DNA of 64,000 nucleotides from NCBI GenBank assembly GCA_030523725.1, contig JAUNHV010000005.1, positions 43,323 through 107,322 of the forward strand, read 5' to 3'. This document shows, piece by piece, positions 46,004 through 55,354 of this stretch; the stretch's first letter is position 1, and each line of letters begins with the position of its first letter. This stretch comes from Synergistaceae bacterium. Its GTDB lineage: Bacteria > Synergistota > Synergistia > Synergistales > Synergistaceae. The notes under the pieces are model-generated. The model did not search any database. It saw only the letters and a list, made by a program, of their open reading frames with translations, and was not told the origin of the DNA. Both the position numbers and the translations under genes were made by a program.

Positions 46004-48937
46004 TTACCTTATTAGCTCCAGCAATTCAGTAATACGCATATCTGGATTATTTATATTTTCTGCTAATACAACTGCTATTTTGACAAATAGTTTCTTGAAG
46101 TTATCTATGGTTTCTTCTTTATATGCACAGGCATTATATTCAAGCACCAAACTGCAGCCATCCCTACCATCAAGGATCTCTATGTCAAGCAGATCGTCTG
46201 CAACCTCCTTTGATTGTGTCATATCCACTGGCATCCAAGAAAGCTTACCGTCAGGTGCAAGACTCTTTAAATCCTGAAGAAAATTTAGACTTGCTTCTCC
46301 TCCTACACGTACATTCTGTGGTCCAAAATAACTATAACAGGAGTAATATATATTGTTTTTCAATTGCTCCATCACGTCGTGATAAATTTCCCCCATTGTT
46401 CTTTCGTTATTAAAACGAATTCCAACATAGAACGCCCTGAGCATTGCACCTGTCACATGCTGTTCAGCTATCGTGTTTCTACCGTTATAAATCCAGGATA
46501 ACATAACATTGTTTTCATTGTCCGTCACAAAAATTGCCAAACATGCTACTATGATAAAAAAGGCGTTTTTCCCTAAACCATATTGCTTATAAATTTCCTC
46601 GTAAACATAGCTCTCAATTGGAATTGCTGCTGAGGTTGTGCCATATTTATTCTCATCGATTTCGTTATCAGGTCTGAGGCATATTGACCATTCATACTTG
46701 TCGTAAACTCTCTCATAATACGCTTTTGCCTTCGAATACAAGGTGGAGTTTTTCTTTTTGCGTCGCTCATCCAATGCAACAAAATAGTAATCGCACTCCA
46801 AAGGCACACCTTCATAGACCTTGTTTAAATCGCCTAGGAATATTTTTATTGAAGTTCCGTCAACAATACTATGGTGAAAATCACCGAAGAGGTATCCTCC
46901 ACTTTCTGTCTTAAAAAGCCTAATTCTGTAAAGAGGTTTTCCAAAAAGTTCAAATGGTTGGACAAGAGTCTCTTTCAAAGCTTCAAATTCAGCTTCTGTT
47001 ATATTTTCAATTTTTGTATCAAATTTTTTGTTAGCATCATATTTATGAACTAGGATTTCGTTAGCCTCTTTTGCATAAACACATGAAAAAACTGGGTGTG
47101 CAGCAAGCACAGTGTCCACAGCCATTTTGAGACGTTCAAAATCCGTATCGTCTCCAAACCTCAAAAGAATTGGTAGATTCCACATGGTGCTGTCTGGCAT
47201 CTCTTGCTGAACGTCAAGGATATATTGTTGTGTAACTGAAATAGGCTGATCACTTAAAAGCAATTTTTCATTTTGTTCCTTAAGGTCAAGCTGGTTGTTT
47301 AAGTCCTCATTTTCGAGCAATTTAACAATTTCTCGTGGGGTTCTGCCTTTCAAAAGCATATTTACGTCAAGCTGATTCAAGTTTAACTGAGTAATAACCT
47401 TTATTGCGTTTATGGAGCTTCCACCAATTTCATAGAAATCATCTGTGGCGCCGACGCGCTCTACACCAAGAACGGATGCCATAGCATTACAGAGTTTTTC
47501 TTCCATTTCATTTGATGGTGCGACATATTCCTTTACGTAACTCTTAAAATCTGGTGCTGGGAGGTCGTTTCTTTGGAATTTTCCATTTGCATTTACTGGA
47601 ATTTTATCAATTTTTGTGTAAAAGGCTGGCACCATATAGGACACGAGTCTTTCTCTAATAATTTTTTTCGCTTCTTCAATTGGTAACACTGGTTCACCAA
47701 TATAATAAGCGCAAACAAAGCTCTTCTCTTCCCCAGTAAAAACTCGAACGCCGACCCACTCTGTGCCAAGCACTTTCTTTACAGCAACTTCAATTTCGGC
47801 TGGCTCAACTCTGTTGCCATTTATCTTCACCATATCATCAGTTCTGCCAAGAATTAGGAATTTGCCATCTGGCAGAATTTTTGCCATGTCACCACTTCTC
47901 ACATAGCCGTTTCTAAAAATGTCCGCGTTCCTATCTGGCAAATTCAAGTAGCCTCTTAAGTATGGCTGTTTGTAGCAAATTTCACCAACTTCACCATTTT
48001 GCACCTGTTTACCATCGTCATCTAAAATACATACATCGTTCTCAGAAAGCACAGGCTTTCCTGCTGGCGTTATATCATATTTCTTGTTAATTTTGAATGT
48101 GAGCAACAGGGAACCGGACTCCGTTTGTCCATAACAGTTGTACGTGTCCATATTTTCATAGTAAACATCTTTAGTAGGTTCTGAGCCAGTGACGACCGTT
48201 TTAACGCATGGTGGAAATTTTTGTATTAGTCGTAATAGTGACGGGGAGAAAAATCCGACTGTCACGTTGTATTTTTCAATTGCCAACAAAAGAGAACTGA
48301 TATTGCGTGAAATTTCAAATGGAAATACAGCGATAGCAGCACAGGCATCCATAGCTGTATGAAAAACCATTATGGTAGCAACAAAATTCAAAGGGGAAAT
48401 ATGTGCCACAACATCACCATATTGCACAAACGGTTTTCCCTCACATGACCAAGCAGCCACATCCATTCTCTGTATTCCATATTCGTGCATTACGCCCTTG
48501 GGATTACCAGTCGTGCCAGACGTATATATAAGTCTTGAAAGGTCATGTGAATCGGCAACCCTGTAGCCATCCAGGGGTTCACCTTTCATCATTTCTTCAA
48601 ACACAGTTTCGTCAATGACTAATTTGCAATTTGCATCATGCTTGATAAACTCTATCTTTTCCTTTGGATAATCTGCTTCAAGCATAACATAAGCTGCTCC
48701 TGCTTTCCATACGCCAACAACCGCTACAAAAGGCTTTGCGCTACGTGGCAAAAGAATCATAACCACATCTTCCTTGCCAATGCCACGCTCAGTGAGGTAT
48801 CTATAAACCTTACCAGAAGCGTCATCAAGCTCGTGATATGTCATTGAAGTATCTGTTGCAACATCTATTATTGCCGTGTGATTCGGGTATGCCGTACAAT
48901 TTTCAGCAAATTTTTTAATAAGACTAAATTCTTCCAT
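46004..48937 (-). CDS. NRPS-like A-T-C protein 4
   Basis: Motifs are YTSGTTGNPKG, GEICYKQPYLRGYLN, GRTDDMVKINGNRVEPAEIE and NGKFQRNDLP. The carrier motif is FYEIGGSSIN. The C domain reads FHHSIVDGTS. The start is at MEEFSLIKKF (ATG at 48937), with the same junction as protein 1. Confidence 0.85.
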   Translation of the reverse strand: MEEFSLIKKFAENCTAYPNHTAIIDVATDTSMTYHELDDASGKVYRYLTERGIGKEDVVMILLPRSAKPFVAVVGVWKAGAAYVMLEADYPKEKIEFIKHDANCKLVIDETVFEEMMKGEPLDGYRVADSHDLSRLIYTSGTTGNPKGVMHEYGIQRMDVAAWSCEGKPFVQYGDVVAHISPLNFVATIMVFHTAMDACAAIAVFPFEISRNISSLLLAIEKYNVTVGFFSPSLLRLIQKFPPCVKTVVTGSEPTKDVYYENMDTYNCYGQTESGSLLLTFKINKKYDITPAGKPVLSENDVCILDDDGKQVQNGEVGEICYKQPYLRGYLNLPDRNADIFRNGYVRSGDMAKILPDGKFLILGRTDDMVKINGNRVEPAEIEVAVKKVLGTEWVGVRVFTGEEKSFVCAYYIGEPVLPIEEAKKIIRERLVSYMVPAFYTKIDKIPVNANGKFQRNDLPAPDFKSYVKEYVAPSNEMEEKLCNAMASVLGVERVGATDDFYEIGGSSINAIKVITQLNLNQLDVNMLLKGRTPREIVKLLENEDLNNQLDLKEQNEKLLLSDQPISVTQQYILDVQQEMPDSTMWNLPILLRFGDDTDFERLKMAVDTVLAAHPVFSCVYAKEANEILVHKYDANKKFDTKIENITEAEFEALKETLVQPFELFGKPLYRIRLFKTESGGYLFGDFHHSIVDGTSIKIFLGDLNKVYEGVPLECDYYFVALDERRKKKNSTLYSKAKAYYERVYDKYEWSICLRPDNEIDENKYGTTSAAIPIESYVYEEIYKQYGLGKNAFFIIVACLAIFVTDNENNVMLSWIYNGRNTIAEQHVTGAMLRAFYVGIRFNNERTMGEIYHDVMEQLKNNIYYSCYSYFGPQNVRVGGEASLNFLQDLKSLAPDGKLSWMPVDMTQSKEVADDLLDIEILDGRDGCSLVLEYNACAYKEETIDNFKKLFVKIAVVLAENINNPDMRITELLELIR

Positions 48938-48950
48938 TTGTTTCCCTCTA

Positions 48951-50336
48951 CTATTTGCGGATTGCACTTATAATTTCCATTACCTTCATTTCGTGGTTCT
49001 CAATATGTTCCATCAAAAGGCATGCTGTTTTCATAAACATATTTTTGAATCGATTTATTGATTCCTTTTTATAGGCACTAGCGTTGTATTTTAATTCAAG
49101 AAAGCAGCCATCATCAATGTCAGAAACTTCAATTTCAAGCAGATTATCTGCTTGGTCAACGTCCGCAGATAATACAGAAACGGTATATGAAAGACCCTCT
49201 TTATGTGCAAAATCTCTTAGATATTTCAGATCCTTCAGATAGTTAAAATTTGCAACTCCTTTCTCCTCGGGACGCAGCTCACGCCCTGGATATGGAAAAC
49301 AAGAATAATGTTTATTATTATGTATTTGCTCTTTCACCTCGCGATAAAGATTACTAAGTGTTTTTGTATCATCAAAACAAAGACCAACTGGATAGCATTG
49401 ATACATAAAACCAAACACAGATTTTTCCACAAATGTGTGTCTGCCGTTATGAATCCAGGTTAATAGAGCAGCGTCTTTTTCGTTATATGCAGAAAGCACA
49501 AAACAAGATACGATAATGAAAAACGCATTTTTATTGAGCCCATGCACCCTCTGCATCTGCTCATAAAAACTTTCTGCAATTGGGATCATTTCACGTATAG
49601 TTCCGAGTGGATTATCATTGGGTTTCATGTCAATTTTAAGGCGAGGTGGCATCGCCTTCTCGTAGCCTTCAAACAACTTGTCGTAATATTTTCTCCCCTC
49701 TTCAAACCTTGAAGAATGCATCAAACCTTGACGATAATCCATAGCAGCGAAATAGTAATCTGGCTTAAGAGGCTTTCCCTCATACGCGTCACATATATCA
49801 TTAAAAAATATATATCTTGAAACTCCGTCAACAATACTATGATGGAAATCGCAGAAAAGATATTCTCCTTTTTCCGTCTTGAAAAGTCTTAATCTGTAAA
49901 GTGGTTTTTCAAGCATTTCAAAGGGGCGAACAAGTCCTCTTTTTATTGTTTCAAGTTCTGCTTCTGTTACTTCCTCTACAGTGGTGTCAAATTTCTTATT
50001 TGGGACATATCTTTGCACAGGCTCATCGCCTTTTAACAAATATATAACTGAAAAGACTGGATGTGTAGCAAGCACAGTGTCAACTGCTTTTTTGAGGCGT
50101 GCAATGTCTGTATTACAGCCAAATTTAACTAACAGAGGAACATTCCAGCTAATAGAATCTGGGTAATCGAGCTGATATTTGAGCAGCAATGACTGCCAAA
50201 ATGAAAGAGGAGCATCCATTTTTTGCAGGCATGCATTACGCTCGGCAAGCCCTTCTGTCTCCCCTGCTTCCCTTTGCTTACAAAGATGTGTTTCACAATT
50301 TTCACTGAATTTTTTATTAAGGCTAAATTCTTCCAT
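48951..50336 (-). CDS. Free-standing condensation-domain protein (A and T domains missing)
   Basis: The product is 461 aa. The C domain reads FHHSIVDGVS. The N-terminal 14 aa, MEEFSLNKKFSENC, mimic the start of the A-T-C paralogues. The last 39 aa are identical to those of protein 2. Confidence 0.85.
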   Translation of the reverse strand: MEEFSLNKKFSENCETHLCKQREAGETEGLAERNACLQKMDAPLSFWQSLLLKYQLDYPDSISWNVPLLVKFGCNTDIARLKKAVDTVLATHPVFSVIYLLKGDEPVQRYVPNKKFDTTVEEVTEAELETIKRGLVRPFEMLEKPLYRLRLFKTEKGEYLFCDFHHSIVDGVSRYIFFNDICDAYEGKPLKPDYYFAAMDYRQGLMHSSRFEEGRKYYDKLFEGYEKAMPPRLKIDMKPNDNPLGTIREMIPIAESFYEQMQRVHGLNKNAFFIIVSCFVLSAYNEKDAALLTWIHNGRHTFVEKSVFGFMYQCYPVGLCFDDTKTLSNLYREVKEQIHNNKHYSCFPYPGRELRPEEKGVANFNYLKDLKYLRDFAHKEGLSYTVSVLSADVDQADNLLEIEVSDIDDGCFLELKYNASAYKKESINRFKNMFMKTACLLMEHIENHEMKVMEIISAIRK

Positions 50337-50387
50337 TTCTCCTAAAGTCCCTTCTTTATTATGAGTTATTTCAGATTAAACAAATCA

Positions 50388-51653
50388 CTAATCAACTAAT
50401 GCTGGGTTTTCCACAACAACCCATGGCAAACCGAATTTGTTTAGCATTTCCATATACGGATCAGGATCAAATTCATCCGTGGTCTTTGCTCCCCTCGCAT
50501 TCCAAACTCCACTTACAATTAGTGCTGCGCCAATCATTGCCGGCACGCCAGCCGTATAGCTTATGGCTTGGCTGCCCACTTCCTTGTAACATTCTTGATG
50601 GTCACAGACATTGTAAATGTATAGCGTGCGTTCCTTGCCGTCTTTTTTACCACGGAAAATGCAACCAATGTTTGTTTTGCCAATTGTGCGTGGTCCAAGA
50701 GTTGCAGGGTCGGGCAAGAGAGTTTGCAAAAACAGGATTGGCACAATTGGAACTCCGTTATACATTACAGGCTCTGTACCCAACATTCCAACGTTTTCAA
50801 GACACTTCAAGTGAGTCAGGTAACTTTGGGTAAACGTCATAAAGAAACGAATGCGCTTTATCTCTGGAAAATTTCTTCCAAGTGATTCTGTTTCTTCGTG
50901 ATGTATCAGATACATATCTCTCTTTCCAATACAAGGAAAATCATATTCACGCTTAATGCTCATTGCGGGAACCTCTACCCAATGACCATCTTCCCAATAA
51001 CTACCAAGATCAGAAACTTCGCGAAGGTTTACTTCAGGATTATAATTTGTTGCAAAGGGGTAACCATGGTCTCCCCCGTTGCAATCCAAAATATCAAGCT
51101 CATCAATCGTATCAAAATAATATTTTTTTGCATAGGTTACGAACACACTTGTTACACCGGGGTCAAAACCTGAACCTAATAATGCTGTTAAATTTGCCTT
51201 TTTGAAACGCTCGTCATAAGCCCATTGCCATGAGTAATCAAAATAAGCGGAAAGGATTGAGCCTGAATACCTCTCTTTACGCATTTTGCTCCATGCAGGA
51301 TCATTCATATCTTCTGATTCATAGCATGCTGTGTCAACGTAATGGACACCACACTCAAGACAGGCATCCATTATTGTTAAATTTTGGTAAGGAAGAGCTA
51401 AATTCAAAACACAGTCGGGCTTATAACTTTTAATCAGTGCTACTAATTCTTGTAGGTTACCCGCATCTACCTGTGCTGTTGTAACCTTTGTATGTGAGGT
51501 ACCAGCTCGCTCTATTTTTTCTTTTAATGCATCACACTTTGATTTTGTCCTACTTGCAATACAAAGTTCCTTGAAAACTTCATCATTTTGACAGCATTTT
51601 TGAATTGCAACCTGTGCAACTCCACCACAACCTACAACTAATAACCTAGACAT
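50388..51653 (-). CDS. Saccharopine-dehydrogenase-family enzyme, carboxy(nor)spermidine dehydrogenase-like
   Basis: The N-terminal Rossmann fold is MSRLLVVGCGGVAQVAIQKCCQ. It is followed by ELCIASRTKSKCDALKEKI. At ~420 aa, this pattern matches CANSDH/CASDH enzymes as I recall them. The ATG at 51653 lies 7 nt after GAGGAGGG. The track start at 51713 adds 20 aa. Confidence 0.65.
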   Translation of the reverse strand: MSRLLVVGCGGVAQVAIQKCCQNDEVFKELCIASRTKSKCDALKEKIERAGTSHTKVTTAQVDAGNLQELVALIKSYKPDCVLNLALPYQNLTIMDACLECGVHYVDTACYESEDMNDPAWSKMRKERYSGSILSAYFDYSWQWAYDERFKKANLTALLGSGFDPGVTSVFVTYAKKYYFDTIDELDILDCNGGDHGYPFATNYNPEVNLREVSDLGSYWEDGHWVEVPAMSIKREYDFPCIGKRDMYLIHHEETESLGRNFPEIKRIRFFMTFTQSYLTHLKCLENVGMLGTEPVMYNGVPIVPILFLQTLLPDPATLGPRTIGKTNIGCIFRGKKDGKERTLYIYNVCDHQECYKEVGSQAISYTAGVPAMIGAALIVSGVWNARGAKTTDEFDPDPYMEMLNKFGLPWVVVENPALVD

Positions 51654-51752
51654 TATTTTGCCCTCCTCTATATTGTGTGGTAAAAATTTTTTAGTGGGAT
51701 TGTTTTCCTCCATCGGTTAATACTTTTTTAAGGCATTGCCCCGATGTTTAAC

Positions 51753-54689
51753 TTACTGTATCCTCTCCATAACATCCATCACGCAGATATTAGGATTATC
51801 GACATTTCGTGCAAGAGCACAAGCTGTTTTGATGAACATTTTTCTGAAGCGGTATATGCTTTCTTCCTTGTATGCACAAGCATTATAGTCCATATAAAGT
51901 TTGCAACCTTCATCTGTTTCATGTATTTCTACATCCAATAAATTGTCAGCACAATCCGTTTCTGTTGGTATTTCAGCAACGGTGAATTGCAAGGAACCTT
52001 CTGCGCAAATATCTCTTAAATTTGCTTGATACATGACATCAACATCGTCACTTTCTGCATATACATCTCCCGCTTCTGGATAGGGATAGCATGAATACCG
52101 GATGTCATTCTTAACTTGCTCTGACACCTCTTTGCATAGGCCTTCAAGCGTTAATTTATCGTCAAAACGAATTCCAACGTATAAAACACGCAGGAGTGCA
52201 CCAATCACATTATTCTCACTCACCATTGTACGCCCGTTATGCACCCATGACACCCTTACATTGTTTGTTTTGTTATATGCTGCCATTGCCACACAGGTTA
52301 CCGCAATAAAAAACGCATTTTTCCCTACGCCATATTTTTTCCGTATCTTTTCGTATGACAGTTCGTCAAGTGGAATCATAACTTCCATATTTGCATAACG
52401 GTTTTCCTTTGTTTCAACATCTGGCTTAAGAAAAGTATCCCACTTATGCTGTTTTAAAGTTCTTTCATAATACTGCCGCCCTTCTTCATACAAGGAAGAA
52501 TTAATTTGTTTTGCACGGTCTTCAAAAGCAGCAAAGTAGAAATCAGGCTCAAGCGGTTTCCCATCATAAGCCTTGCAAATATCACCTAAGAATATGTGTA
52601 ACGAAGTACCGTCTGCAATGATATGATGTATGTCAAAAAAGAGGTAGCCACCAATTTCTGTCTTAAAAAGACGAAGCCTGTAGAGTGGCTCGTTCAGCAA
52701 AATAAAAGGCTTCACAAGCTGTTCGCTTTCATCCACAAAATCCGCTTCAGAAATTTCTTCAAGCTTTACGTCAAACTCCTTCTCCGGATCGTAGTTTAGC
52801 ACAAGCTCCGCAGTTTTACTAAAGGCAAATACAGATGAAAAAATCGGGTGAGCAGCAAGCACTGTATCCACTGCCTTTTTGAGACGCACCATATCTGTAT
52901 CACGTCCAAACTTTAAAAGCACTGGTATATTCCACAAGGTGGAGTAGGGATAATTACATTGATAGTCAAACATAAAGATCTGCTCTGTAGAAAGTGGCAA
53001 ATCTTGTTTTGGTGCACGTGCGTTACGCTCAGCAAGGCTCTCAGCTTTACCATTGGTCGCCTTTTCATAGAGCTTTGCAATTTTTTTGGGGGTTCGTCCT
53101 GTTAAAAATATATTAACGTCAAGCTGGTCTAAATTCAACTGAGAAATGACCTTTATCGTGCTTACCGAATCTCCACCAATTTCATAGAAATCATCTTCAA
53201 CACCCATTCTTTCAATACCAAGAGCAAATGCCATGGTGCTGCACAATCTTTCTTCCATTTCGTTTGACGGCGCAACATATTCCTTTATGTAGCTCTTAAA
53301 ATCTGGCGCCGGGAGGTCATTTCTCCTGAATTTTCCATTTGCATTCACTGGAATTTTATCAATTTTTATGTAAAAAGCTGGCACCATATAGGGCACAAGT
53401 TTCTCGCTAATAATCTTCTTTGCGTCCTCAATTGGTAAAACTGGTTCACCTATGTAGTAAGCACAAACAAAACTTTTTTGCTCTTCAGTAAAAACTCGAA
53501 CGCCGACCCACTCCGTGCCAAGCACTTTCTTTACAGCAACTTCAATTTCGGCTGGCTCAACTCTGTTGCCATTTATTTTGACCATATCATCAATTCTGCC
53601 AAGGACTAAAAAATTGCCATCTGGCAGAACTTTTGCCATGTCACCACTTCTCACATAGCCTTTTCTAAAGATGCTTGCATTCTTCTCCGGCAAATTCAAG
53701 TAGCCTCTAAAATAAGGATTGTGGTAACAAATTTCACCAACTTCACCATCCTTGACAAGGTTGCCATTTTCATCCTGTATGCAAATATCCATCTCTGGCA
53801 CAGTAGGTTTACCCGCCGGTGCTTTTTCGTATGATTTATCTAATTTGAAAGTCAGTATTGAAGTTCCAGATTCAGATTGACCATATCTGCAATAAATGTC
53901 ATATCCTTCGCAATACACATTATTGGCAGGTTCTGCCCCACTAATTATCTTTTTAACACTTTCTGGAAATTTTGGGATTAGCCTTAAAGACGATGGGGTA
54001 AAGAAAACGAGTGTAATTTTATACTTGTTAATGACTGAAAAAATGCGTTCGATGTTTCTAGCGTCTGCCAAAGCAAGCACAATCATAGTCGAGCAGGCAT
54101 CTATTACAGTGTGAAACATCATTATGGTCGCAGTAAAACTTAATGGGGCGGTAAGGAGAGCTCTGTCTTCGTGGGTAAAGGTAGCTTCGCCATTATATGT
54201 AGCTCCTTTTATAACAAAAAGCTGTGTCCCATATTCATGCATAACGCCCTTTGGATTTCCTGTTGTGCCAGATGTGTAAACAATGTACGAGAGGTCGTGG
54301 GGATCGGCTACTTTGTAGCCTTCTAGGACTTCACATTTCATCATTTCTTCAAATACATTTTCATCAATGACTAACTTGCAATTTGCGTCACGCTTGATAA
54401 ATTCTCGCTTTTCCGCTGGATAATTTGCCTCAAGCATAACATATGCTGCTCCTGCTTTCCACACACCAACAACCGTCACAAAAGGCTTTGCACCACGTGG
54501 CAAAAGAATCATTACAACGTCTTCCTTACCAATGCCACGCTCTGTGAGATATCTATAAACCCTGCCAGAGGCAACATCAAGCTCGTGATATGTCATTGCT
54601 GTGTCTTTCGCAACATCTAATATTGCCGTGTGATTTGGGTGTGCTGCACAATTTTCAGCAAATTTTTTAATAAGACTAAATTCTTCCAT
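51753..54689 (-). CDS. NRPS-like A-T-C protein 5
   Basis: Motifs are YTSGTTGNPKG, GEICYHNPYFRGYLN, GRIDDMVKINGNRVEPAEIE and NGKFRRNDLP. The carrier motif is FYEIGGDSVS. The C domain reads FFDIHHIIADGTS. Confidence 0.85.
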   Translation of the reverse strand: MEEFSLIKKFAENCAAHPNHTAILDVAKDTAMTYHELDVASGRVYRYLTERGIGKEDVVMILLPRGAKPFVTVVGVWKAGAAYVMLEANYPAEKREFIKRDANCKLVIDENVFEEMMKCEVLEGYKVADPHDLSYIVYTSGTTGNPKGVMHEYGTQLFVIKGATYNGEATFTHEDRALLTAPLSFTATIMMFHTVIDACSTMIVLALADARNIERIFSVINKYKITLVFFTPSSLRLIPKFPESVKKIISGAEPANNVYCEGYDIYCRYGQSESGTSILTFKLDKSYEKAPAGKPTVPEMDICIQDENGNLVKDGEVGEICYHNPYFRGYLNLPEKNASIFRKGYVRSGDMAKVLPDGNFLVLGRIDDMVKINGNRVEPAEIEVAVKKVLGTEWVGVRVFTEEQKSFVCAYYIGEPVLPIEDAKKIISEKLVPYMVPAFYIKIDKIPVNANGKFRRNDLPAPDFKSYIKEYVAPSNEMEERLCSTMAFALGIERMGVEDDFYEIGGDSVSTIKVISQLNLDQLDVNIFLTGRTPKKIAKLYEKATNGKAESLAERNARAPKQDLPLSTEQIFMFDYQCNYPYSTLWNIPVLLKFGRDTDMVRLKKAVDTVLAAHPIFSSVFAFSKTAELVLNYDPEKEFDVKLEEISEADFVDESEQLVKPFILLNEPLYRLRLFKTEIGGYLFFDIHHIIADGTSLHIFLGDICKAYDGKPLEPDFYFAAFEDRAKQINSSLYEEGRQYYERTLKQHKWDTFLKPDVETKENRYANMEVMIPLDELSYEKIRKKYGVGKNAFFIAVTCVAMAAYNKTNNVRVSWVHNGRTMVSENNVIGALLRVLYVGIRFDDKLTLEGLCKEVSEQVKNDIRYSCYPYPEAGDVYAESDDVDVMYQANLRDICAEGSLQFTVAEIPTETDCADNLLDVEIHETDEGCKLYMDYNACAYKEESIYRFRKMFIKTACALARNVDNPNICVMDVMERIQ

Positions 54690-54719
54690 TTGCTTTTAAG
54701 CCCCCTTATTTTATCTTTC

Positions 54720-55286
54720 TTATAGTTTGCTCTTGATAGCTTCCTTCGCCTGAGCTAACAAAGCTTTAGTGTCAACCCCAATGATGTCAAGATTTTCCAC
54801 CTTAAACATCTGAGTTTCTTTTATGCCGAATTGATTTAACGCAAGTCCTCTAATGTAACCATATCCAAAAGCATCATCAAAAATTATACCGCCGGCGGTG
54901 GTTACGTAATAGAGCTTTTTTGCTTTGCACAACCCAACACACGATCCATCTTCTGTGTATTCAAATGTTAGCCCACATACAGATATGGTTTCTACATACT
55001 TTTTCAACACAGCAGGAAACGAACCATCCCAATAAGGGGCAGCTATAACAATTATGTCTGCATCTAAAAACTGCTTTGCGTAGTTGAAGTATGAATCAGA
55101 AAAATTGTGCTCCTCGCAAAATTTTGTGCGTTCCTCAAGTCTTTTTTTATCAAGCGGTGCAATGTCTTCGTCACGTAACACAAGATGCGTCACATCGCCT
55201 TCCAGTTTGCTTATGAGATATTCTGCCAATTCTCTCGTTCGTGAATTTTCTCTTACAGTTGCATCTAAAAACAATATTTTTTTCAT
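54720..55286 (-). CDS. Flavodoxin-fold NAD(P)H-dependent oxidoreductase (AzoR/AcpD-like)
   Basis: The product is 188 aa. It contains MKKILFLDATVRENSRTRELAEY...IVIAAPYWDGSFPAVLKKYVE. It is the first gene of the co-directional block, 30 nt upstream of A-T-C protein 5. Confidence 0.65.
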   Translation of the reverse strand: MKKILFLDATVRENSRTRELAEYLISKLEGDVTHLVLRDEDIAPLDKKRLEERTKFCEEHNFSDSYFNYAKQFLDADIIVIAAPYWDGSFPAVLKKYVETISVCGLTFEYTEDGSCVGLCKAKKLYYVTTAGGIIFDDAFGYGYIRGLALNQFGIKETQMFKVENLDIIGVDTKALLAQAKEAIKSKL

Positions 55287-55354
55287 GGTTTTCTCCTTTA
55301 AGGCTAGGCTATATTTCTCTATTATTCCTCAAGTCTTTTTCAAAGATTTCATTC

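Noticed and set aside
37015-54689. A strong ~2.95-kb periodicity with long identical stretches. I considered a CRISPR array, a satellite array or an assembly duplication.
   Set aside because: Each unit is a complete, intact ~980-codon ORF with ordered A, T and C motifs, and the units differ from one another. There are no short repeat-spacer units. They are paralogous genes. Long-read confirmation is still advisable.
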